In this document: positions 14,963 to 22,577 of the stretch, piece by piece
Position numbering within the stretch: the stretch's first letter is position 1
Layout of the letters: every line of letters starts with the position of its first letter
Assembly: GCA_946484195.1 (NCBI GenBank)
Contig: CAMLSW010000002.1
Location: 1-46,996, forward strand
DNA length: 46,996 bases
Reading direction: 5' to 3'
From: an uncultured Clostridia bacterium
GTDB taxonomy: Bacteria > Bacillota > Clostridia > Christensenellales > UBA1242
The notes under the pieces: model-generated
Seen by the model: the letters and a program-made list of their open reading frames with translations, nothing else
The model's database searches: none
What the model was told of the DNA's origin: nothing
Program-made: the position numbers and the translations under genes

Positions 14963-17326
14963 ATGAAAAAAGTTTTTGTTTTTCTTTTTGCATTTTTGTT
15001 TTGTCTATCGGGTGGCATATTATTGACATCTTCTTTTAATATGGACAAGGTGGCAAGTGCCGAAGATATCAACTATAGTGAAATAAATGTATCAAATGGT
15101 CAACAACTGCTTTCAACGCTTAGCGCAAACTCAACCTACAACAATCCAAATGTAAAAATTGTTTTAACAGATGATATAGACCTTGAGGGGATAGACCTTT
15201 CTCCTGCCTATCTTGAAAGGCGGGTATTTACCGGCTTTTTTGAGGGCAATGGCTATGAAGTTTCAAACTTTACTCTTTCATCAAACACAAATGTCTACGG
15301 TCTTATACCTTATGCCTCTGGAGCAATTTTTCAAAACATAAGGATAACTGGCGCGGTAAGTTTTTCTTTCACTGAAAATAGCCTTCCTATCTATGCCGGC
15401 GTTTTGGTAGGTCAAGGCGAGAATGTGACGATTAAAAATTGCGAGCTTTACAATGTTACCGTGAATATGGTTGACGAGGGTGGCGAGCAGGTTGAAGAGC
15501 GTAGTGAGCAGACTATAAGCATACCTGTCAGTTCAAATTTGACCTTTGGTGGTATTATAGGGCTTGCAACAAGTTATTCAAGCGCACTTGAGTCAAGTTT
15601 GACAACACTCCAAAATTGCATAAACTATTATGACCTTCAAATCACATTGAACACGAATAGCCGCATTGCAGTTGGCGGTATTGTTGGCGCTCTCAACAGT
15701 GGAAGTAGGGTTATAAACTGCCTAAACTATGGCAATATCAATATTACAAAGTCCTCTCAAGTGACTGAGGCGAGCATTTCAAATCAGTACATTGGCGGTA
15801 TAGCAGGAGAGATAAGTGGCAATTCAACCACAATCAAAAACACAGCTTATGGCGGTGAAGTTTCTTCTAATATTACAGACGCAAACTTCTACGCCGGTAC
15901 ACTTGTTGGCTACTTAAACTGCGCACAGGCAAGCACTAATTACAATGTCAACTTTTCATATTGGTCACAAAGTGCTCTTAACTATTATGGTACTGGTTAT
16001 AGTATCACATCAGATTATTTGTCTCAGCAACCTGTAATTAATAGAGCGTTTTTATCCGATACCAGCCATTTTGATAGCGTAGAGCCTAGTTTTGACTTTG
16101 ACTATGATTTTACTATGATTGATGGCGAAATTTTACTCCAAAGATTTCAAGATTATACATTAGAATTTAATCCGTCTCTAGATAATGGAAATATTATATC
16201 AAGTGCAACTTTTGAAAGCGACAACCAATCTGCCACAAGCAGACCAATAAATGTTCGCTATGGCGAAGAAATAACAATTACTATAACTTTTGCCGATGAT
16301 TATGTGGGCTACTATAAACTATCTTCAACTACAGCGCCAATTTCAACTACGACAGGTCAGTTGTCAGCTGAGTACTACACAGCAACTCCACTTACAAGCT
16401 CGCGAGGTATTTATGGGTACGAGATTTTACTAACCGCGTGTGATAGAACCGATGGCGTATACTCCTTTACCTTAGATGAAGAGCAATATCTTTGCGAATT
16501 TGAAATTTCCGAGCAGGCAGACGCTGAAAGTCAAGGACTGCTTAGGAGAATAGGAGCAGATCGCTCAACTTCTCATATAAGTTTCCCATTTTCATATAGA
16601 AGTAGGTCGTTAAGCGTTAGAGCAGAGGGTAGTGGCGTCTATAGTTTCTCGCATTGGGAATTGTATTATAGAGATTCTAGCGGACAGTTTACCGAGCAAG
16701 TTTCTTTAAATGACGAAATTAGAACAAGCGCGGTAGTAACTGTTGAGTATGGTACAGCGCCTTGGACAGAAGAGTTTAAGCTTGTTGCATACTTCACCGA
16801 TGAAGAGGCTGTTTTGCTAACAATAGGGAACTATTCAAGAGAGGCGGTAAGTTCAATTACTGTTGATGAAACACCATACACTGGAGAAGAGATGAGAATT
16901 CCGCCAAATGGTACAATCACCCTTGAGATTACAACAAATTCTGGTTATGTTATGGATGTTGATGCTTTCATAGTTTTAATTCAAAGGTTATATGGTGACA
17001 ATACAACCGACGGTCTAGTATCTGACCCAATTGTCAATGAGGGCACAGGGCAAACGACCTATAGATTTAGAATTAATATGACCTATCTGCGTCCAAATAT
17101 TACCGACAATCAACTTCCACTTACTTTGATTATCACTGAAGATGGTTCGGCGAATGGCGATGATCTGCTATGGGTTTATATCGTTGTACCAATAGTTGCC
17201 GTTTTGATAATAGGTTTAATTATCTTCTTTATCATCAGACATCGTAGAGGTGGTGGCGGTGGTAAAAAGGCTAAAGCCGTCAAAGAGAGCGGAAAGAAAG
17301 AAAATTATAGAGATTATTATGTATAA
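14963..17326 (+). CDS. large surface protein with GLUG-type repeats, signal peptide and C-terminal TM anchor
   Basis: 787 aa. Repeated 'GGIIG/GGIVG/GGIAG' motifs. C-terminal TM segment followed by 'RHRRGGGGGKK'. Confidence 0.8.
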   Translation: MKKVFVFLFAFLFCLSGGILLTSSFNMDKVASAEDINYSEINVSNGQQLLSTLSANSTYNNPNVKIVLTDDIDLEGIDLSPAYLERRVFTGFFEGNGYEVSNFTLSSNTNVYGLIPYASGAIFQNIRITGAVSFSFTENSLPIYAGVLVGQGENVTIKNCELYNVTVNMVDEGGEQVEERSEQTISIPVSSNLTFGGIIGLATSYSSALESSLTTLQNCINYYDLQITLNTNSRIAVGGIVGALNSGSRVINCLNYGNINITKSSQVTEASISNQYIGGIAGEISGNSTTIKNTAYGGEVSSNITDANFYAGTLVGYLNCAQASTNYNVNFSYWSQSALNYYGTGYSITSDYLSQQPVINRAFLSDTSHFDSVEPSFDFDYDFTMIDGEILLQRFQDYTLEFNPSLDNGNIISSATFESDNQSATSRPINVRYGEEITITITFADDYVGYYKLSSTTAPISTTTGQLSAEYYTATPLTSSRGIYGYEILLTACDRTDGVYSFTLDEEQYLCEFEISEQADAESQGLLRRIGADRSTSHISFPFSYRSRSLSVRAEGSGVYSFSHWELYYRDSSGQFTEQVSLNDEIRTSAVVTVEYGTAPWTEEFKLVAYFTDEEAVLLTIGNYSREAVSSITVDETPYTGEEMRIPPNGTITLEITTNSGYVMDVDAFIVLIQRLYGDNTTDGLVSDPIVNEGTGQTTYRFRINMTYLRPNITDNQLPLTLIITEDGSANGDDLLWVYIVVPIVAVLIIGLIIFFIIRHRRGGGGGKKAKAVKESGKKENYRDYYV

Positions 17327-17335
17327 TGTTCAAAT

Positions 17336-17368
17336 AAAAAATATCATAGTTTTTGGCTATGATATTTT
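17336..17368. terminator. bidirectional terminator between convergent genes
   Basis: aaaaatatcatag / ctatgatattttt 13-bp stem. Confidence 0.75.
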
Positions 17369-17373
17369 TGCTT

Positions 17374-18387
17374 TTAAGCAGCAAGCTTATTTGCGATGGT
17401 GTTGTCGACTGCTTGAGAGTAAGTCACATTGTACTGACCCTCGGTTGTTGTCGAGTTGATTATTTCCATCATCTTATTGAAGGATTCTTCGGTCATTACA
17501 GGGCTTGAGCACCAAGCGTCAATTGCAAGATACTGCTCAACTGCTATCTGCAAATCTTCAACCGACATACCAGCAAATGATGGTGCAAGTGCTTGAGCCG
17601 CAAGAAGTGAAGATTGGGTAGAGATGTATTCATAACCTCTTTGAACTGCTCTTAAAAACTTTTCAGCTTGCTCACTCTTGTCATCAAGGAAAGATTGCTT
17701 GGTCGCAAATACGGTGTATGGAAGGTAACCCGAAAACTCTCCAACAGCGTCTAGAACATAGCCATTGCCTTCTTTTTGAAGGTTTGTAGCTGTTGGCTCA
17801 AACAAGGTGCAGAATTCACAACCGCTTGTTATGAACTCACTTCCTATCATTGGGAAGGCTACATCTGTTCTAAGATTAACCTCGCCAGCTGCAGTATTTG
17901 TGCCTATTGTCATTCCTGCTTGCTCTATGATATATTCAAGAGTCATAGCAGGCATACCGCCTTGCCTGCCGGCAATGATTGTCGTGCCTTTAAGGTCGTC
18001 AAGAGAAAATTCGCTGACTTGGTCACGTGAGACAAAGAATGAACCATCCTTTTGGGTAAGCTGACCGAATACTACAGGGCTATCTTGAGTGCCTTGTGAG
18101 TATACAACGGTTTCAGGACCAACAAGCACGATGTCAGCACTCCCGCTAAGTAATGCCGTCATTGAGGCGTCGGAGCCGGTTGCGCTTTCAATAGTGACTT
18201 CAAGCCCTTCATCTTCAAAGTAGCCAAGGTTTGCAGCTGCGTAAAGCGGAGCATAGAAGATGCTATGAGTAACTTCGTTTAGTCTTATTTTATTGTCATC
18301 TCCTCCACAGCCGACAAGCATTAAACTTGAGGCAAGCACGATGGCAAGACAGACTATGAAGATAGAGATACTTTTTAATTTTTGCAT
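17374..18387 (-). CDS. ABC-transporter substrate-binding lipoprotein (NMT1/THI5-SsuA-like), orphan
   Basis: Lipobox 'LVGCGG'. NMT1-like periplasmic-binding fold pattern. AAGGAGGA RBS. No permease or ATPase gene adjacent. Confidence 0.8.
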   Translation of the reverse strand: MQKLKSISIFIVCLAIVLASSLMLVGCGGDDNKIRLNEVTHSIFYAPLYAAANLGYFEDEGLEVTIESATGSDASMTALLSGSADIVLVGPETVVYSQGTQDSPVVFGQLTQKDGSFFVSRDQVSEFSLDDLKGTTIIAGRQGGMPAMTLEYIIEQAGMTIGTNTAAGEVNLRTDVAFPMIGSEFITSGCEFCTLFEPTATNLQKEGNGYVLDAVGEFSGYLPYTVFATKQSFLDDKSEQAEKFLRAVQRGYEYISTQSSLLAAQALAPSFAGMSVEDLQIAVEQYLAIDAWCSSPVMTEESFNKMMEIINSTTTEGQYNVTYSQAVDNTIANKLAA

Positions 18388-18778
18388 TATTCCTCCTTAC
18401 AACAATCAATTTATGTGAAAACTTGCGCATATGTGATAATTTAGGTGCCCTAAGGAGATTTTTATCGAGGTTTTGTTAGAACGCCTTTTATTTTTTGTTT
18501 TAAATACCATAATGGTCAGTCAATCGCTCACGCTTTTCGTTTGCGCCGCTCGCGCACCCGCGTGGCACACAAGCCTTACACTTGCCGAAGTATCATTAAT
18601 TGTACCTGTAATTTGACTATACTTTGGTCCAGCGGAGAATATTAAAGGGAAAAGGTGTCAACGACACCCAAACTTAGTTTGCATCGTTTTTTAATCATCC
18701 TCATTGGCAGAAATGACGGAGAGGTACAGGTTAGTAGCATTTTTTGGTGACAAATTCGAGCGAAGTACGTCTATTTGC

Positions 18779-18805
18779 TTGACAAAAAATGCGGGGGGGT
18801 AAAAT
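18779..18805 (+). promoter_or_regulatory. consensus -35 / near-consensus -10 promoter whose 15-nt spacer contains a G7 tract
   Basis: TTGACA (18779-18784), spacer aaaaatgcGGGGGGG, TAAAAT (18800-18805). Confidence 0.5.
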
Positions 18806-18836
18806 AGGGTATCCAAAATAAATTTTGGATACCCTA
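18805..18836. promoter_or_regulatory. perfect palindrome with 15-bp arms (operator or leader hairpin)
   Basis: tagggtatccaaaat-aa-attttggatacccta, starting at the last base of the -10 hexamer. Confidence 0.55.
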
Positions 18837-19047
18837 TTCTACATTTTAACCTCATCTTTCTTTCAAAATTAATAAAATAAAAATATTTTAAAATTTGTTG
18901 TTAACTTTGAGGGCATTGTGACGACACGCTTGTGACAACTAGAGAATTAAAGGTTAAAATTTGGATGATAATAGACAAATTATTAAAAAATACTTGTACT
19001 ATGTATAACAGATTATAAAATCAAACAAACTAAACAAAGGAGAAAGT

Positions 19048-20460
19048 ATGAAAAGTTTAAGGATAAAATTATTTACAGGCATATCAATGTTTGTAGTTGC
19101 GCTTGCCTTACTCATTGTTGGTGTATGGGCGGTAGGTGAAACGCAGCACATCAATCTAAGTGGAAGTGTAAACTTTACAATATCTGATGACACGCTTTAC
19201 ATAAAGGATATACGTATTAGAGAGTCGAATGACTTAACAGGACAGGGCACAACAATTGATAATTTTTTGCCTGGATTTGTAAATGGTGACATTGATATAG
19301 ATTTAGGTACACTATCAGCAGACACAAGTTTTAGTTTACTTTTTGATGTTATAAACACTTCAGCAATACCTTATCAAGCAAGCACAACCTCCACTATTTC
19401 GAATGCAGTATTATCAGTAAGTGGAACCGTAGTTGGGGACGGAATAGAACCTAGCACTATAACCTCTGACACACAGTCATCAGGTACAATAATATTAACT
19501 GTTACAGCGTCTAGTGCAGGACTTGTAAATTTAGATGGGATAGTCATCACTCTTGAGCAATTGGTTTATGAAAATTTTGTTTTTGATGGGAATGGGGCTT
19601 TGCTAGGGTATTCAGGCTCAGATGCAGTTGTTGAGATACCTGCCTCTTACTCAATTATTGGTGAACCGGAAGATAAGAGTGTATATATCGAGAGCAGAGA
19701 TTTTCTTTATGAAAATATTCTTAATGATAATTATGACTTTTATAAATTAACAAATTATAAAATTATTAATGATAGCAGTGAATATAACTTTTCTGATATT
19801 GAAGAGTTGCTTTTTCACGAAAATTCTGAAGATTATTTCCCTTGCACAATTGAGTATAAAGATTTTTCAAATGTAACTTTTGTTTATGGAGATAATTATA
19901 TTGTAGATAAAGTTATAGGAGCGTTCAACTATAATCAAAATATACAAGGTGTAATATTACCTGCTAATATAAAAAGTATTGGAGCATTTTCATTTTCGTA
20001 TTGTGCAAATTTAAAAAACATAGATATTCCTGAAGGTGTAGAATACATTGGGATGGAAGCGTTTGGTGGAAGTGGATTAACATATGTTTCATTACCTAAT
20101 AATTTAATTGAAATAGGAGAAACTGCTTTTGTAAATTGTGTAGATTTGATAAATATAGATTTTAGCAAATGTAATGGTTTGGAAAAAATTGGTTATGGTG
20201 CATTTTCAGCCGATTATAGTTTGACATCAATAGATTTAAGTCAATGCACATTAATTAACTTTATAGATACCTTTGCATTTTATGATTGTTCAAATTTAAC
20301 TTCTTTTAAAATAGGTTCATCTACTCCACCATCTTTAGAAGTTGATGCATTTCTTATGGTCAATTCAGATTTCCAAATACAGGTTCCTTCTGCAAGCGTA
20401 AATGCTTATAAGTCAGCAAGTGGTTGGTCGTCCTACGCAAGCCAAATTGTTGGTTATTAA
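19048..20460 (+). CDS. surface protein: N-terminal signal/anchor plus beta-rich domain fused to BspA-type leucine-rich repeats
   Basis: 470 aa. The C-terminal half has repeated 'IP..V..IG..AF..C..L..I' units. AAAGGAGA RBS. Confidence 0.85.
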   Translation: MKSLRIKLFTGISMFVVALALLIVGVWAVGETQHINLSGSVNFTISDDTLYIKDIRIRESNDLTGQGTTIDNFLPGFVNGDIDIDLGTLSADTSFSLLFDVINTSAIPYQASTTSTISNAVLSVSGTVVGDGIEPSTITSDTQSSGTIILTVTASSAGLVNLDGIVITLEQLVYENFVFDGNGALLGYSGSDAVVEIPASYSIIGEPEDKSVYIESRDFLYENILNDNYDFYKLTNYKIINDSSEYNFSDIEELLFHENSEDYFPCTIEYKDFSNVTFVYGDNYIVDKVIGAFNYNQNIQGVILPANIKSIGAFSFSYCANLKNIDIPEGVEYIGMEAFGGSGLTYVSLPNNLIEIGETAFVNCVDLINIDFSKCNGLEKIGYGAFSADYSLTSIDLSQCTLINFIDTFAFYDCSNLTSFKIGSSTPPSLEVDAFLMVNSDFQIQVPSASVNAYKSASGWSSYASQIVGY

Positions 20461-20533
20461 TGAAAATAAATAAGTATTTTAAAAATTATTATTATTGCTT
20501 TGATTATAAATATCAATCTGTTATAATTATCCT

Positions 20534-21061
20534 ATGAGAGTTACGGCGGGTGAATTTAGAGGCAGGGTGCTGTGCGAAAATAAATATGAGCATATTAGGC
20601 CTACTGCCGATATGGTTAAACAAGCGATTTTTAATAAGCTTCAAGATAGAATTGTTGGTGCAAGTGTGCTTGACCTATTTTGTGGCACAGGCGCTCTTGG
20701 CATTGAGGCGGTTAGTCGAGGGGCTGGCAAGGTTATTTTTGTCGATAAAGACTATAGAAGTGTGGAGCTTACAAAAGCAAACCTTAAAAAGCTTGGCATA
20801 GTTGCAAAGGTTGTTAAAGCAAGTTATGAGCAGGCTATAAAAAGCCTTGCAGGGCAGAAGTTTGACATCATTATCTTAGACCCACCATACAAAAGTGGAG
20901 TCTATGAAGATTGCATCCAAAAACTTTATCAAAATGAACTTCTTGCAGAAGACGGTATCATAGTTTGTGAGCACGACCGCAAAGACCAATTTGATTTTTC
21001 GCCATTTGAGGTCATTGACGAGAAGAGATATGGTATAAAGATGGTGACATATTTAAAATAA
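20534..21061 (+). CDS. rsmD: 16S rRNA (guanine966-N2)-methyltransferase RsmD
   Basis: 'DLFCGTGALGIEAVSRGA' SAM motif and 'ILDPPY' motif. 175 aa. Confidence 0.85.
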   Translation: MRVTAGEFRGRVLCENKYEHIRPTADMVKQAIFNKLQDRIVGASVLDLFCGTGALGIEAVSRGAGKVIFVDKDYRSVELTKANLKKLGIVAKVVKASYEQAIKSLAGQKFDIIILDPPYKSGVYEDCIQKLYQNELLAEDGIIVCEHDRKDQFDFSPFEVIDEKRYGIKMVTYLK

Positions 21062-21062
21062 T

Positions 21063-21094
21063 GCTCAATTTTTTAGTAATTAAAAAATTGAGCA
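21063..21094 (+). terminator. hairpin after rsmD
   Basis: gctcaatttttt / aaaaaattgagc 12-bp stem. Confidence 0.5.
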
Positions 21095-21141
21095 AAGTGT
21101 AGTAAAAAACGCATTAAGAATAACTAAAATTAAATTAAACT

Positions 21142-21187
21142 ACTATGCTGTGTTAAAAGCACACAAATTCTTTAGAAATTATATAAA
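21142..21187 (+). repeat. degenerate right-end-plus-flank fragment of the structured repeat
   Basis: 'actatgctgtg..aaaagcacacaaattctttagaaattatataaa' versus 21567-21617 'actatgtgatg..aaagcacgcaaattcgttagaatttataaaa'. Confidence 0.55.
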
Positions 21188-21225
21188 TAGTCATTATTTG
21201 CACGTTATTTGTATCATATTCAAAA

Positions 21226-21251
21226 AAGCCAATCGTTCGATTGGCTTTTTG
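21226..21251 (+). terminator. strong intrinsic terminator with no ORF upstream
   Basis: aagccaat / attggctt stem, 6-nt loop, T5. An A-run upstream makes it bidirectional. Confidence 0.65.
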
Positions 21252-21363
21252 TGTGCTAAAAAAATATTAGTGATTTTTTACGATGGTTTTTCATCTTGAT
21301 ATTTAAAATCAATTAAAAATTGACAAATTATAAATTTGGCACCATCTAATGTTCATATAATGC

Positions 21364-21440
21364 TATATTATCGGAAGCCGAACCAAGCACAACTTTAGTT
21401 GTATTTGAGTGAGGCTGATGGTTTTACATACTATGTGATG
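21364..21440 (+). ncRNA. structured repeat unit A (candidate small RNA)
   Basis: Conserved blocks tatattatcggaagccgaac / gtgaggctgatg / ctatgtgatg around a unit-specific hairpin. Promoter-like hexamers lie at 21320-21361 and a terminator hairpin follows directly. Confidence 0.5.
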
Positions 21441-21464
21441 AACACAATTTATTGTGTTTTTGCG
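21441..21464 (+). terminator. hairpin plus T-run immediately after unit A
   Basis: aacacaat-tt-attgtgtt followed by tttg. Confidence 0.6.
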
Positions 21465-21501
21465 TTTAGCAAAATTAAAACTTAACTTGTTTAAGTTTTA
21501 A

Positions 21502-21577
21502 CATCACATAGTTTATATTATCGGAAGCCGAACTTGCTTGCAAGGGTGAGGCTGATGTTTATACACACTATGTGATG
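21502..21577 (+). ncRNA. structured repeat unit B (76-nt near-continuous hairpin)
   Basis: The perfect 11-bp closing stem catcacatagt / actatgtgatg encloses the same conserved blocks as unit A, with a different apical hairpin cttg[cttg]caag. Confidence 0.5.
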
Positions 21578-21630
21578 GGCGGGCAAAGCACGCAAATTCG
21601 TTAGAATTTATAAAATTTATGATAATAAAA

Positions 21631-21654
21631 TTTTAACATCACATAGTTTATATT
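21631..21654 (+). repeat. solo left-end fragment of the structured repeat
   Basis: ttttaacatcacatagtttatatt is identical to 21497-21520. It overlaps the stop codon and last two codons of the GDPD gene. Confidence 0.8.
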
Positions 21655-22379
21655 TTAGGCTCAAAGTTTTCAAAGATTACATTGTCGCAATATTTTACGA
21701 CTTTAAGGTATTCGCTTTGGCTTGTAACCGTCCAAACAAGCAATGGAAGAGACTTAAATTTTCTTACAAATCTATTTGGCACGCGCTTTGCTTCATAGCT
21801 TATAAAGTCGGGTTTTGAAATCTTTTTATTGAGCATCATACGCTTTAGTGCGTATTTTTTTATAAATGAAAGCTTTTCACCTCTAAAGAAACCGGCAAGT
21901 TGACCTCTTAGTATATTAGGTGCGTGCTTATAGAAATATTCAAGCACATAAGGGTTAAAAGATTGCACAGCGTATTGACCTTTGTAGTCTTTAAGAAGGT
22001 CTATGACCTTTTTTTCAAGTTCGCCAACTTTGCCTTGATTTTTAATTTCAATCAAAAGTGGAACTCTACCATCAACGAACTTTAATGTCTCTTCAAAGGT
22101 TGGTATTTTTTCTTTGCTATCTTTAAGCTCAAGCATATCAAGGTCTGACTTATTCAAAAATTTGATATAGCCGTCATTATTGGTCAGTCTTGACAAACTC
22201 TCATCGTGAAAAACAACGACAGTGCCGTCGGCGATAAGTTGGACGTCAAGCTCAATAGGGTAGCCTTCATCAATTGCCCTTTCAAAAGCAGATAGTGAGT
22301 TTTCGGGATGTTGTTTATCGTGAAGCCCTCTGTGAGCAATAGGAGTTTCAACCAGCCAAGAATTAAATATATCGTCCAT
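21648..22379 (-). CDS. glycerophosphodiester phosphodiesterase family protein
   Basis: 'IAHRGLHD..PENS', 'ELDVQL', 'VFHDESL' GDPD motifs. ATG at 22379 lies 5 nt after AAGGTGG; the track start at 22388 is a GTG. Confidence 0.85.
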   Translation of the reverse strand: MDDIFNSWLVETPIAHRGLHDKQHPENSLSAFERAIDEGYPIELDVQLIADGTVVVFHDESLSRLTNNDGYIKFLNKSDLDMLELKDSKEKIPTFEETLKFVDGRVPLLIEIKNQGKVGELEKKVIDLLKDYKGQYAVQSFNPYVLEYFYKHAPNILRGQLAGFFRGEKLSFIKKYALKRMMLNKKISKPDFISYEAKRVPNRFVRKFKSLPLLVWTVTSQSEYLKVVKYCDNVIFENFEPKI

Positions 22380-22577
22380 AAGCACCACCTTTTATCAATT
22401 TATTTTATGCAAAAATAGCAAAATTTACGACAAAAAATAACAATATTTTTAAATATAAAACTTTATTTGTATGTAATTATAACATAACTATCTAAAAAAT
22501 CAAAACAAAAATAAAACTAAAAATAATAATTCGAACAAATAATTGATTTATTTGCAGTTTTTGTATATAATTTTAGA

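Noticed and set aside
18388-18778. TPP riboswitch upstream of the NMT1/THI5-like binding-protein gene
   Set aside because: On the gene's (minus) strand there is no GGGGTGC / CTGAGA / ACCTGA..CCAGCG core. The only partial match ('acctg..ccagcggagaa') is on the opposite strand and lacks the CTGAGA half.
21364-21577. Hammerhead ribozyme, because the repeat contains 'cgaac' and 'ggctgatg'
   Set aside because: The CUGAUG is followed by G or U rather than the invariant A. GAAC replaces GAAA. The order and spacing leave no room for the three-stem hammerhead topology in any permutation. The fluoride (crcB) riboswitch 3' block CUGAUG..CCUAC is also only superficially similar, and the 5' GGnGAUGG block is missing.
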